NCBI RefSeq assembly: GCF_016433145.1
Contig: NC_058131.1
Span: 91,791,843 to 91,855,842 of the forward strand
DNA: 64,000 nucleotides
Direction of reading: 5' to 3'
Origin: Gracilinanus agilis
Taxonomy: Eukaryota
Shown here: positions 24,776-37,090 of the stretch, piece by piece
Layout: every line of letters begins with the position of its first letter
Numbering within the stretch: position 1 is the stretch's first letter
Notes under the pieces: model-generated
The model's database searches: none
What the model saw: the letters and a program-made list of their open reading frames with translations, nothing else
Told to the model about the DNA's origin: nothing
Program-made: the position numbers and the translations under genes

Positions 24776-26727
24776 CTGAAGAGATCAGATGTTTATTTTA
24801 TTCCTTCTTTAGGCTCTTCAGCATTCTTAACTCCACTTCTGGGGTTAGCTTCAGATATGAAATCAAGTTTTATTCAATTCAGATTCTGCCGAATTTCTCA
24901 TAAAATTTGCACTTTAAAGTGGCAAAGCTATTTGAAATAAATGAAATGACTATGACTAGATGATACAAAATAAATGAAATAGCTGGATGACTGGTGAAAA
25001 TGGGAAAGAAAAGTGATCTTTGAATTTCTCAAATATCATGGAGAGGAAAAAAGTAGTTGTGTAATAGAAGGAGCATGGGATTAAGTTCCAGGGATTTAAG
25101 CTCTAACATTGGCTCTACTCCTTAATACCAATACCTGTTTGAACTTGGGCAAGTTAGTTAAACTCTTTGGACTTGTTTCCTCATTTGAAAAATGAGTAGT
25201 TTGGTTCATATGATGTCTATGGTCCTTAATATCATATCTAAAAGGCATTCAAAGATCTGTGAACATGTAAATCTAATACCATAGTTTATCATAATCTAGA
25301 TACAATCTACTGTACTGGAATGCTTATTTTGGAACATGAATAAGGGTTATAAAATTTTAAAAAATGGTTAAAATGCTTATGGGCTTAGAGACCCATCCAT
25401 TTCTTCCTAACTCTTCTTGTATGTTATGAAAACTGGCTGTGTGTTTTTGATCTACTCACATGCTTGTGTCCTGTTTCCTGAACAAGCCTGTTCTAAAGCT
25501 ATAGCAATGGCAGTTACTAGGCTAGGGCTGTGTTGGCTCAGCAGCACCGTCATTTAAAATCCCTGCTTCTAACTTGGCCCCCAGGCTAACCATTGTATAG
25601 AACAAAACACTTTCCTGGCACATCCTTCTTCAAACTCATGGCTATTATGCTTAAGATTCTTAACTCAATGAAAAGTGAAAGGAATCAAGATTCATTCTCT
25701 GGGAGCAGCAGGGTCCAGCTTCTAGCCTTCTACTAGCACTCCCTTTACATCCTTTAAGGAGCTCTGGTTAGCAGGTTTACAGAAGCTCCAGAAATGGCAT
25801 TGAAAGTCAAAGTGTTGAAAGAAAATTGCATTCCCTTTCCTGTATAATTGTAAAAACTGCAAATTCCTTAGAAAATCAGCAGTCTGGCTCAGCACCATCT
25901 CTGATGGTGGGCTCTCCTTATAGAGGACAACTGGAGATATATGTGACGAGTGCACCATTAGTCAAGTGTAGGAACTATTCCCAAAAAGCTTCTGTTCATT
26001 AAGTTTTTTTTTTCTTCAGAGCAATCTGAAGATCCCAATTGATAAAGACATTTATTGAAAATATTACTCCAAAAAAAGCCAGATAAATTAATTTTCTTCA
26101 CACTGGTGATCATCTTGGATCATTTTTTCCACTTTAATCTATGCCAAAAATAAAGAGAGAAATGGAAAGATGCAAGCTGAAAAATTCTATAGTCCAGCAT
26201 CAAATGGGCAAACAGACTTGACTGCCTATGAGGGAAGGAGGGATGGAAAAGAACTGCTATTGAACCTTCCACTACTGTTCAAATGCAGCTCCTCTGTTCA
26301 TAAGACAAGCTCTTCCATATCACTGACAAGACATTAAAAAACACTCTAAGGTGCTCCTTTCTGGCTTTTTCTTGTAACCTAGTAGTCCCAACAAGAAAAA
26401 TCCTTTAGCAGGAATCTATAATGTGAGTGAGGCTAAGTATGGATGTTTATTTTCCATAAGAGATTGGGAAAACTATGAAAAAGAATAAAATTCTTCCATG
26501 GTCAGGTACTATACTTCCACACTTCCACTCTCATTTTATAGATGGATAAACTGATCCCCAGAGATAGTGACTTGCTCAAGTTGCAGAGCTGCCAATTGTC
26601 AAGAGCCAGATCCTTTGACCTGGAATAGAAACAGAACTATACTGGAGCTTCACAATAACATTATGTTATAGCAAGGCCTTGATACTTGTAGGAATAAGCA
26701 TCATTTAAATAGGGTCCAATATAGTTC

Positions 26728-26918
26728 TTTTTTTTTTTTTTTAAACCCTTGTACTTCTATGTATTGTCTCATAGGTGGAAGAGTGGTAAGGGTGGGCAAT
26801 GGGGGTCAAGTGACTTGACCAGGGTCACACAGCTGGGAAGTACCTGAGGCCGGGTTTGAACCTAGGACCTCCTGTCTCTAGGCCTGACTCTCACTCCACT
26901 GAGCTACCCAGCTGCCCC
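26728..26918 (-). mobile_element. Young SINE1_Mdo-like SINE (short-tail variant) with long perfect TSD
   Basis: TCCAATATAGTTCTTTT at 26715-26731 and 26919-26935; TTTT/AA L1-endonuclease-type site. Confidence 0.92.
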
Positions 26919-27088
26919 TCCAATATAGTTCTTTTAAGAGAAAAAATTATTACATGGCTCCAATATATCTTGATATAAATAAAGCCAATATAGTAATTTT
27001 ATTTTAAAATATTTTATATTTCATATTTTGTTCAGAAAAGCCAAGTGTGTATTTTGATTAGTGATTGACTATTAAAAATGAAACATAC

Positions 27089-27274
27089 CTTAAGAGACTG
27101 AATGGATTGATCATTTAAGGTAATTATATTGAGGTAAAGTTGATTGCAGTACTTTAGAAATATAACACAGTGATCCTTGAACATCATCAAGTCAATAAGT
27201 TTGGTTTTCTTCTTCAGTGTATAAATCAGTTGCCAATTCTTCATACTACAGGAATTTACTGAAGTCTTCATTAA
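27089..27274 (-). CDS. PREPL: PREPL coding exon 7/14
   Basis: tatatAG|TTA...AAG|GTatgt; 186 nt; LMKTSV...NWQLIYTLKKKTKLIDLMMFKDHCVIFLK...SIQSLK. Confidence 0.95.
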
Positions 27275-27479
27275 CTATATAGAAGCAAATTGATAGAAGA
27301 GATTAAGCAAGATATCAAGAAATCTAAGTAACCAAGTATCAAGGTAAAGGGAGCCATATGTTATATTAAAGCAAAAAATACGATTTTTTCTATTTCATAA
27401 GCAGTGCTCCTCACCTTCATATGAAAGGGAGAACTAGATATTTATTGGAGTTTTAGTGCCCCCATCTCATCTTGGATTT

Positions 27480-28250
27480 AAAGCTGGAAGGGATCACTGG
27501 TAACTCTGGAGAGAGCAGTTTTATGGGAATGATGAGCTTATAAGGGGTTAAGAAGAGACTACAAGAGAAAAAGTAGAGGCATCCCTGGTAATATAGCTTT
27601 TCCAAAGCCACAAGGAGAGAAAAGATAAAGTATGATAGTTTACAGGGACCATGGAAGGATCAAGTGTGTTTCCTGAGAATGGGAAAGAAAGGGGCACGAT
27701 CACAGGCAGTAGGGAAGGGGCCAATAGACAGGGAGAGGTTGAAGATAAGGGATGTTACTCTGACATCTCCAAAAACAAGGGTGCCAGAGAAGATAATCTG
27801 ATTGAAGAGATAGGAAAGAATAGGATTGCTTTTATAGACAGGCAGGTTAGCCTGTAAGGATTAAGAATGCTTCTTCATTTGAAACAGGAGTGAAGGAGGA
27901 GATGGCAGAAGATATTGGAGAGAGAGAACTGACAGGGAATGGCTTTAATTTTTTTCTGCAAAACATGAAGCAAGATTTTCAGTAAAGTGGACTGAAATGC
28001 GAGGTTAGAAAAGGGATGAAAAAGTTTGGAAGAGCTGCCATGGAGAATTGGATAATGAGTTGATAATGGAAGTATCAGTTGCGGTTGTTTAACATAAATC
28101 TGAGGTGGACCTAATCAGAACAGTAGTGTGATTTCTTCCACCTTCGTTCAGTAGCGCATGTGTATGAGTAAAGGTAGGGGATAGTGGGAGTGACCTAAGG
28201 CTTGGAAGGACACAGTCTATGCATGTGATGAGGGAGAGACTCAAAATAAA
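27480..28250 (-). mobile_element. L2-like LINE fragment
   Basis: Purine-rich complement of L2 motifs seen elsewhere in the window. Confidence 0.5.
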
Positions 28251-28299
28251 AGATCTAAGGTCATGTTTACATTGAAGTCAGTCAGCTAGTATTTATTAA

Positions 28300-28388
28300 G
28301 CAAGTCACTTATTACTCACTGCCTAGCCCTTACCACTCTTCTTCTGCCTTGGAAATGATACACAGTACTGATTCTGAGATGGAAGGTA
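28300..28388 (+). mobile_element. SINE1 3' half, left part of the SINE interrupted by the ERV (tail resumes at 33988-34007)
   Basis: GCAAGTCACTT...GCCTAGCCCTTACCACTCTT...GATGGAAGGTA; remainder AAGGTAAGAGTTAAAAAAA follows the LTR. Confidence 0.8.
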
Positions 28389-28391
28389 TGA

Positions 28392-31300
28392 ATGGTGGAA
28401 GTATTCCAACAGCCAAATATTAATGAACCTCATGTGAGAATTAAATTGGGAGAAGAGATTTATCCAGCTCTACTTGATACCAGAGCTAACAGATCAGTAT
28501 TAAAAACATCTCATGAGATTAGTAGAATAGTGGGGTCAGTGAAAGTCATGGGAGTTACAGGAAGAACTCAGAGTGCCAAAACTTCAATCCAAAATGGCTA
28601 CTCTTGGTCCACTGACTACAGACCACACATTTCTACTCATTCTAGAATGTCCATCCAATCTTTTAGGTAGAGATCTTCTTTGCAAAATTGGTGCAACAAT
28701 CCAGTGTAATCCTTCAGGCAAGATTTTTCTACATCTTCCCAAGGATGCACTGAAAGCTTATCCATTATTGTTTTTAGATCAAATGGAAGGTGAATTCAAT
28801 TTTTGCAACCCCTAGTGAAATACCAGATGGAGTATGGGCTAAATATTCTGCAGACATTGGGTTATTAAAATCTACAACACCAGTGAGGGTCAAAACTAAG
28901 GAGGGAATACCACCACGAATACCTCAGTATAAACTAAGCAAAGAAGCCACGGAGAACATAAGACCGATTATCGAGAGCCTATTAAGACAAAAAATAATAC
29001 GCCAATAATCTCTGAATACCACACATCCATAATGCCAATCAAGAAATCAAAATCAGATAGTCAGGGCAAAACAGCATGGAGATTTGTACAAGATTTATGA
29101 GTTGCAAATGATTTCATTATAAAGTCACACCCTATCATTCCAAGCCCTGCAAGCATTTTAGCTGAAATTCCTAGTAAAGCATGATATTATATTGTCATTG
29201 ATTTATGTTCTGCCTATTTTTCAATTCCAATAGATAAAGAAAGTCAAAATATCTTTGCTTTTACTTGGGAAGGGACCCAGATGACCTGGTCCCGTCTTCC
29301 ATAGGACTGGTGTGAGTCCGTGAGCTTATTCTGCCAAATTTTAAAGCAAGATCTGAAGTCCATTGTGTTTAAAGAAAGTACTATGGACCATTTTGTGGAT
29401 GACATCCTCTTAGCTAGTTCCACAGCAAAAATTTGTCTCAGAGACAATACTAGACTCCTATGTGAACTGTATATAAGAGGCTAGAAAGTGTCAAAGTTAA
29501 ATTTGCAATGGTGCATACCCAAGATTGAATATCTCAGTTTTATACTGGAGAAGGGAACAAGATAGATATCCAAGAAAAGAATAGCTGACATCCAAAATTT
29601 CAGTGTGCCAAAGACCAAATGGCAACTGAGAGCAATTCTCAGGATGACAGGGTTCTGTAGGCAATCGATTCCAGGTTACAGTCAAATAACTAAATGTCTA
29701 CCAGATCTGACAAAAAACAATGTAATAGAACCACTGAGAATCAATGCATCTGCAAGCCCTAGCAAAACTTGAAAGAATCAATATTAACAGACCTAGCCTT
29801 GGGTATCCCTAACTATGACAAAGAATTCCATCTGTTTGTACATGAAGCACAAGGGATAGCTTCAGGAGTCTTAGTGCAAACTTAGGACCCAATTTTAGAG
29901 CAGTGGCTTATTACAATGCACAACTGGATAACGTGGCAAAAGGCACTTTTAGATCAGTGGCTGTGGCAGTACTGTTGATCCAAAAGTCAACAGATCTGGT
30001 GCTAGGATCCAAACTGAGTGTCTATTCTGCCCATCAGCTGGAAATTTTAAAGAGATGTAATTTGCAAGCCTTTACTAAGCAAAGACTCTCACAATATGAA
30101 ATTGTGTTGCTGAGTAATGAGAATATCACCCTAAAGAGATGCAATGTGTTAAATCCTACAACTATTCTCCCAGATTTACCACTATAGGGCAATCCAAAAG
30201 ATAACTGTGAGGAAGTAATCTCATTGGTAGAAAGAACTAGGATGGATTTGAAAGATACTCCATTAACGAATCTGGAACTAGAGCTTTTTGCTGATAGTTC
30301 CAGTTATATGGTTGGAGGCAAGAGATTTACAAGGGTGGCAGTGGTGACACAAACAGAGATGCTGTGGTTTGGATCATTTCCCAGTGACATCAACACTCAA
30401 AGAGCTGAGTTTGTAGTACTCATGCAAGCCTGTAAGATAAGGAAAGGCAGGAGAGTAAACATCTACACAGATTCCAGATACGCATTCTCCGTAATACATG
30501 CGACTGGAGAGATATGGAAAAATTGAGGGTTTCTAAACAGTGCAGGCAAGGAGACAGCATATGCCAAGATCATCACAGAACTTCTTGAATCCATACAATT
30601 GCCTAAAGAAGTTGCAGTGATCCACTGTATAGCTCATAGCTTTGGGACAGACTCTGTGTCTCAGGGAAACCACAGGGCTAATGTGACAGCTAAATTTGCA
30701 GCCAGGAAAGGTCCAATGCATGTTCTGAGTCTTTCAATCACTGAAGAGGCAGATCAAAGTGCTTACAATGATTTGGAAGTCCAGGCATGGATAAAGAACT
30801 TTGGAGGTAGGAGATATATGGTTTTCAGCCTCAGGGAAACCTATCTTACGTAAAAAGCTGTTCTAATATGTGTGCAACTCCATACATGAGAAAGGGCACT
30901 TTGGGACCCAGGCTATGATTGATAGTATGCAGATTTTGGCAAGCATATGGGATAACATCCATTGCAATAAAAGTCTGCGGCAGATATAACATTTGTATGA
31001 AATAGAATCAAAGAGTGTTCAAAAATAAGGGTCTTGGACGTCAACCGTTAGCTTTCACTCTGTTTGAAAGCATACAAATTGATTACATCACAATGCCTAT
31101 AGGTAAAGGGTTTAGATATTATCTGGTAATAGTTGACAGACTCACAAGGTGTCAGTAGCCAGACGTGTTTCCTGCCGGGAAGAACAATGCAGCATTTGTA
31201 GTAAAAGTGCTATTAAAAGAGATAATATCCAGGTATGGAATACTGTGTTGTGTGGATTCAGACTGGGGATTGCACTTCTCACAGTCCATTTTAAAACAGA

Positions 31301-31846
31301 TTTATGAAAATTTGGGGATCAAAGCCAGTTTTCATAAACCTTACCATCTACAGAGCTCTGGACAGGTTGAAAGATTAAACAGAGAAGTCAAAACTCTAAT
31401 TGGGAAAATCTGTTCAGAGACTCATTTGAAATGGACTGAGATACTACCCTTAGTACTTTTCTACTTTCGAACTCGACTGAGTGGGGACTTATATCTTTCT
31501 CCACTCGAGATGTTGCATGGACATCCTCCATTGCAAGCCCAGTTTTATTTCAATTTTAGGAGGAGATTGCCAGTTGTCAACTTATATAAAATTATTGCAA
31601 ACCAGAATTAGAGAGCTCCACAAAATGGGTGTAATACAACAAACAACATCTCTGGATTATTCTTTGCACAAGATAACACCCGGTGACAAAGTCTACATGA
31701 AAAATTTTAATAGAAAATTGGCTAATGATGAAAAATAGGTTGGTCCTTTTGAAGTTTTGCTTACAACTCCAACTTCAATAAAAGTCCTACGGAAAAATAC
31801 ATGGATCTACTGTTCCCACGTGAAAATCCAGAAAGCTCACAGATAG
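28392..31846 (+). pseudogene. ERV pro-pol pseudogene (multiple stops and frameshifts)
   Basis: EPHVRIKLG...LLDTRANRSVL (protease); PQYKLS, WRFVQDL, DLCSAYFSIP, FVDD at 29392-29403 (RT); FADSSS, NIYTDSRYAF (RNase H); IQIDY, VDSDWG, SSGQVER, GPFEVLLTTPTSIKV...WIYCSHVK (integrase). Confidence 0.93.
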
Positions 31847-32585
31847 GAAAGATCAAAGTGAAAACAGACACGAGGAAGACAAAAATGAGAAAACAAATCC
31901 AACAGAAACAATAGTTAGGTGAAAGAGAAATGGAAGTTTCTGAAACTGTTCCAGAAGAAGACAAAGGTGTAGATGATTGGCAATCATAGAAAACTATCAG
32001 AAAGCTCATGAGGGGACATATCAAGAGGAAGAGAAGAAGCTGAAAAGAAAAGATAAAGTACCAGCCCAGAGGGAAAGCGGGAAGGAAAGCTGCAAGAGCA
32101 GGAAGGAGACAGAAGTTCTGGGAGCTGATATGGACAGCAAAGACACTTAACACTGAATATTTGTACATAGCAAGAGGACAGACGATAACCAGGACATATG
32201 TAAGATAAAGTACGCCAACATATTCATATGTTAGGGCATGCAACATGAACACAACAGGAAGAAAGAAGAGATAGCATTAGTCAAAACGAGTAGTGGATTT
32301 CTGAAGAGCATCTGTAAGTATCACATCCAACACTACATGAAATAGACTACACAATTTATGAAATGATGTATATATTTTGATGACTCCATGTAGATAAATG
32401 GGAGTCTTTTAGGCATAATAATATATAAATAGTTAGATCCATGAAATATTAATTGAATGTGAAGATCTATAGATGTTCTGTTTCATTAATATCAGGGCAT
32501 AGTTAGAATTGAAAATTGTTGTACATACTTGTACATAAGACCTGTATATACCTATATGTACTTGTAACATAGATTTCTTGTAATT

Positions 32586-32620
32586 GTATATATATATATA
32601 TATATATAAATATATATATA
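32586..32620. repeat. (TA)n microsatellite inside the ERV 3' region
   Basis: Direct reading. Confidence 0.9.
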
Positions 32621-33210
32621 GCTTGTATATATCATAATTGTAGATAGACCATGTACAAAATATGACAAGGAAGTTAGTTATAAAGTTATTGTAACAATTT
32701 AGCTATAGGGTTAAGCTTTAGTATAGGACATACATAAGGCTGTTAGACTTGTTAAGAGTAGAATTTAAACTGCATAGCAGAAAGTTTTTCCTTTGATGAA
32801 GTTTCTTGTGAAAGCTATGGCTAAAATTGTGTTTAATGCAAGATTTTATAGTTTAAATGCTATTCTAGCATATTAGTAGTCATAGATAGGAAAATTTTTG
32901 TATTAGGTTAGTGTTAAAGTTATAGTTAGCAATGGCATTAGGAATAGTGTTTTAAGAAGTTGCAATTTGTTGTACAGATAGGATTTCTTATACTGAAACT
33001 TTGTAGTCATTATGTAAACCCTACCCTTACCCTATATCTTTCCTGGGGAAAATCTGAGATTAGGGATATTAAGTTAGTAATAGCATAGTACAGGGTAGAA
33101 GGGGTTTCTTATTTTGGAGGGATTAGTGAATAGAATAGATTTAAACAGGTAAGTATCAAAGTTCACAATACTAAACTCAGGGAGTTTGAAAATCGTGAAA
33201 GGGGACGACC

Positions 33211-33987
33211 TGTGAGAGGAAGATTTGGGGAAAGTGAGACAAGTTTGCAGCAAAGAGAAATGGAATTTGATGACACAGCAGACACAGGGGAAGACCCGGT
33301 TAGAATCTTGAAGGAGGGGGTCTGGAAGTTCTAATTGTTAGCCAGGGTGGAGTCAGTTCGGGTCTGCAGAGCTGGAGCCATCTCCCAGATTCAGCTCTGA
33401 CCTCCTGCGATTCTCCAACCCGTTCTGAGCTATTTCTACCACAATCTGGAAACTGCTGAAGGTTTTAACTCTGCCAACTCTATAAGAAGATCAAAGCTGA
33501 GAGAGGGAGAAGATTGAACTGCCAATGTTGCCTCAGGGAGATTTTGTCTTTCTGGGGTGGACCCAAACACTTCTGACACAAGCTTTCAACTCTACTCAAT
33601 CTATATTCTAAAGACTCAATACTGGTGTGGGTTTTAGCTTAGGATCAGATAGATAGCAGGAGATCTCTTAGGCAGATAGTGGAGATAGAGCAGCCTCAGC
33701 CTAGTAGGTTGGGGATCGAAGAGACTGACAGTCAGTTTGGGGCCCTTAAGGTAGACATTTCAGTGATAAGGACTCACCAGCAACCCATCTACTTAATTCC
33801 CTTTCTTTTTACTTCTTGAATAAACCTCATTATTTGAATATGGAATCAGATCAGATTTATATTGGCCTAGGACAGAGAGGTCACCATCTTTGCTCTTTGC
33901 CCTTGAAGAGACCGCCCAGTCAGGCTGGATTACATCAAATCCTAGTTGCCCATTTATTTCAAGTAAACAGGGTCTCTTCACATAACA
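33211..33987 (+). mobile_element. ERV 3' LTR (about 777 bp)
   Basis: Follows purine tract GAAAGGGGA (33197-33205); begins TGTGAGAGG; AATAAA at 33819-33824; ends ...CTCTTCACATAACA. An end at 33982 is an alternative. Confidence 0.8.
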
Positions 33988-34063
33988 AAGGTAAGAGTTA
34001 AAAAAACCCAACAACTTTATAGGCATGGTTAGGTTAGTACAGTGCATGGGAGTGAAATATTAC

Positions 34064-34280
34064 CTTGTATTCTGCAGGTTCTCCAAAATTTGTGAGAATA
34101 TATAACTCATTATTTCTATGCTCAATATGGTACATAATCCCGGAATTTCTCTTTTGGACAAGGATTGGTGGATTCCAAGGCTGATGACAATCCACCAACC
34201 ACACTTCAGAAGTGGTCTTGCTGTTACTATTTATGGTGAGGAAGCACTTGTCTCTTGTACAATGAAGGTCCACAAAAAAT
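34064..34280 (-). CDS. PREPL: PREPL coding exon 6/14
   Basis: tttgcAG|A TTT...AAG|GTaata; 217 nt; FFVDLHCTRDKCFLTINSNSKTTSEVWLVD...EHRNNELYILTNFGEPAEYK. Confidence 0.96.
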
Positions 34281-35559
34281 CTGCAAAGGAATTATATAGT
34301 AAGAAAATGAAAGAATTTCAGATATAGAATATCTGATTCATGGGATATACTTAGCAAGTATTCAATACTAAATGGTCATTTATAATGAAAATGAAAAATA
34401 AAAATATTTGACTGAGGAATACTAAGAAGTCAAGAGTTAGCCAGTGATAACTATTTTTCTTTTTATCATTTTACATACTATTAAATCACAGGACTACTTG
34501 CTAAGAAGAGGAAAAAAGCCCCCCAATGAAGTCAGATAGTATTAAAAAAGAAAAGAGCAAAGGAGTTATTCTTATTCAGTCTCATTTGTATCAGTCAATC
34601 CTAGAAGAAATGAAAAAAAAAATAAACCAAAACAATAGTTAAGTAGTTTAATTCCCTGAGGAAACTAACTTGAAAGCTAAAAGTATGAATTTCAGTGAGA
34701 AAACTATTTTGTTTCTAAGCCCAGATATTTGTGTAATTTTATTTAGTTCAAGTAAGAATTTCAAGTGGTACTCATTAAAGGCCAATATATCAGCTGTAGT
34801 TATTAAAAGTATTCTCTAGTTCTGTAGTGTGACCATCCTAGCATCTTCTAAGGCTGATTTATAAAACAATTTTGCTTGAGGTGAAATTCAATAAAAACAT
34901 ACTTCATATTAGTAAATGAAGCAAAAACACTTAAGAGAGGAAAATGACAAAGACTAAGAAAGAGTGAAAGGGAGAAAGGGGAAGGGAGAAGGACAGAGAA
35001 AGGAGGAAAAGGAAAGATGTAAGGAGAAAAATGGAAGGAGAAAAAAGAGGCAGGGATAAGGAGGAAAATGATATGTATGTAGATATAATATTCATATAGA
35101 TGTATATATTTTTTTAATATATATGAAACATACACAGACAGACAGGGTAGAGAAATAACAAGAAGGCAGGGAGGAGAATAAGAGAAGGAAGACAAGCATA
35201 ACAAACTAGAGGGAAAAAATATAGAATTTAATGCCACAACTGGGACAGCATCTGTATTTACTAATTGACTTGTTATCTATATCAACTATATATTTGTATC
35301 ACATATACATAGACTTAGTATTGGTGTGTGTATGATTAGATATATGTATCTCTCTCTCAATTTAATACATATTATTTTTTTAGAAGAAGGTGAGGTGGTT
35401 GTATTTGTTGTTGTTTTTTTTTTTTTAAAAACAAATGATGCTTGGCATAAGCAAAATTTTGTACATTAAGAAACAGATCCATTCTTAAAACTTTCACCTT
35501 GAGCTCCTGAACAAATTCTCTTCCCTTTCTTAATCAAACTTTACAACCCTCTCCCCTTC

Positions 35560-36180
35560 AAATGTTGTTTACACTCATTGTCTCCATTTACTCTTTTCTT
35601 TCTCCCTAGTCCTCTACCATCTGACTTCCCAGGACCCGGTTACTTGACTGAAACTGTTCCCTCCAAAGTAACTAGTGATCTCCTAGTAGTCAAATCTGAT
35701 GATCTTTTTGCGTTTGGGGCCTTGTCCTTCTTGACCTCCTTGAACTGTTTGACACTGCTGACTCCTTTCTCTTATTCTCACACTATTCTCTCTTAGCCTT
35801 CTTCCCATCTAGTCACTTCCTTTGTTGGATCATCATGCATATCATGCTCATTCATGAGGCTCAGAGGACTTGGGTTGTCTTTTCTCAACTCTTTTTTGAG
35901 TCTTGTATCACCAATTATCTATTGAACATTATAAATTGGATGGCCAGAAGAATTCATATTCAAAATACCCCAAATCAGAAATTGTTATCCTTTCTCCAAT
36001 CCCATAATTCACCCAAACTTCCTAATTTCTATTGAAGGGAACACTGTTCTTCCAGTCTCACAAGTTTAGTTAGCATTTTATCCATGACTACTCCCTCTCT
36101 CTTTCCCCAAATCCAATCAGTTGTCAAATCTTACTAATTCTCCCTTTTACAACAATTCTCACATCTGACCCCTACTACTT
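35560..36180 (+). mobile_element. L2-like LINE fragment (resumes about 37090-37260)
   Basis: L2 3' motifs (GAAACTG.TC.CTCCAAAGT.AC.AGTGATCTC; CCAATCAGTTGTCAAATC). Confidence 0.6.
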
Positions 36181-37090
36181 GCATGGTATAATAAATGGCT
36201 ATATTTGGGAGAGGTGAGGTGGCAAGGAATGTTGGACCAGGGTGTGTGTGTCTATCAGTTCCTCCCTCAATGAGCCACTATTACTGGACAAACTGAGGGG
36301 ATTTTCTCTGAATTGGTGGCTGTTCAAAGACGGGAGCCAGCACTGATTACTAGTGGGAAGGCTTTCCTAAATGATGGAGTAGGTGGAAACCCCGGCCGGA
36401 TAAGCACTAGCCCTCTCCAAATAAAAGCCTCTCCCTTGACTGATGCTGGTACCGCAGGGGGTCCTGCTTCAAAACAGAGTCTGAGTTGTGCAGCTAACTC
36501 AAAGACTCCTTTCCCCTCTTTTGCCCTGTGAATTGACTCTCCTTTCTTTAACTTTGTGTTATTTACTAAATGTTAAACAGGATAGCTGGAAAATGGGGAG
36601 GATAGAGGAAATCAAGGGAACCCCTAAGAGATCTAAGCCTACAAGATCCTTCCCTTTAGGGAGCCTAATGGCTTAACCCAAGGGTTCACCTTCCCGTTCT
36701 TTTAAATTTGGATTCTTATCTATGTTCTAAGCTATAGTATTTTCAGGAAGGGTCCCTTGTTCAACAAGGTGTGGGTAAAGTCTTTGGGGTCGGCTCCCAG
36801 AGTCCTAGACCCCTCAAATCTGGATATCTCAATCTCCTTTTGGTGGCAATGGATGGATGACTAGAACAATAGGCTTTTGGGCTATCGGTTCAAGAAAAGC
36901 CTTAGGATTTGGCTCTCCAATTGGTCATGAGCAAGTTTCTCTACCTCCTTTCACTTCAAGCTCCCCGACCAAAAGCCCCTCTTTCATGGATTCTTTTTCC
37001 TACGATCCTTTGCTTTCTCCAACCACCGATTCTGTCACTCAGTCAGAATGCAAAATTCTAAAGCTTGCTTTCAGCCACAATGTGCAGTTA
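36181..37090. mobile_element. Unclassified, possibly LTR-derived insertion interrupting L2
   Basis: L2-like sequence on both sides; AATAAA at 36420-36425; higher G and CpG content. No TSD resolved. Confidence 0.35.

Larger units (their letters stand above)
28389..33987 (+). mobile_element. Decayed class I-like (gamma/epsilon-related) endogenous retrovirus, antisense to PREPL; lacks 5' LTR, gag and env
   Basis: pro, RT, RNase H and IN motifs in order, then a non-env region, PPT and one LTR; starts TG, ends CA, flanked by AAGGTA. Confidence 0.92.

Noticed and set aside
28470-31745. GG-to-AG changes at conserved pol Gly/Trp codons (DTRA, LRMTG, DSSS, TRVAV, K*VGP) suggesting APOBEC hypermutation
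   Set aside because: At least two are preceded by C and are explained by CpG decay. The rest are too few without a family consensus, and APOBEC3 is a eutherian innovation.
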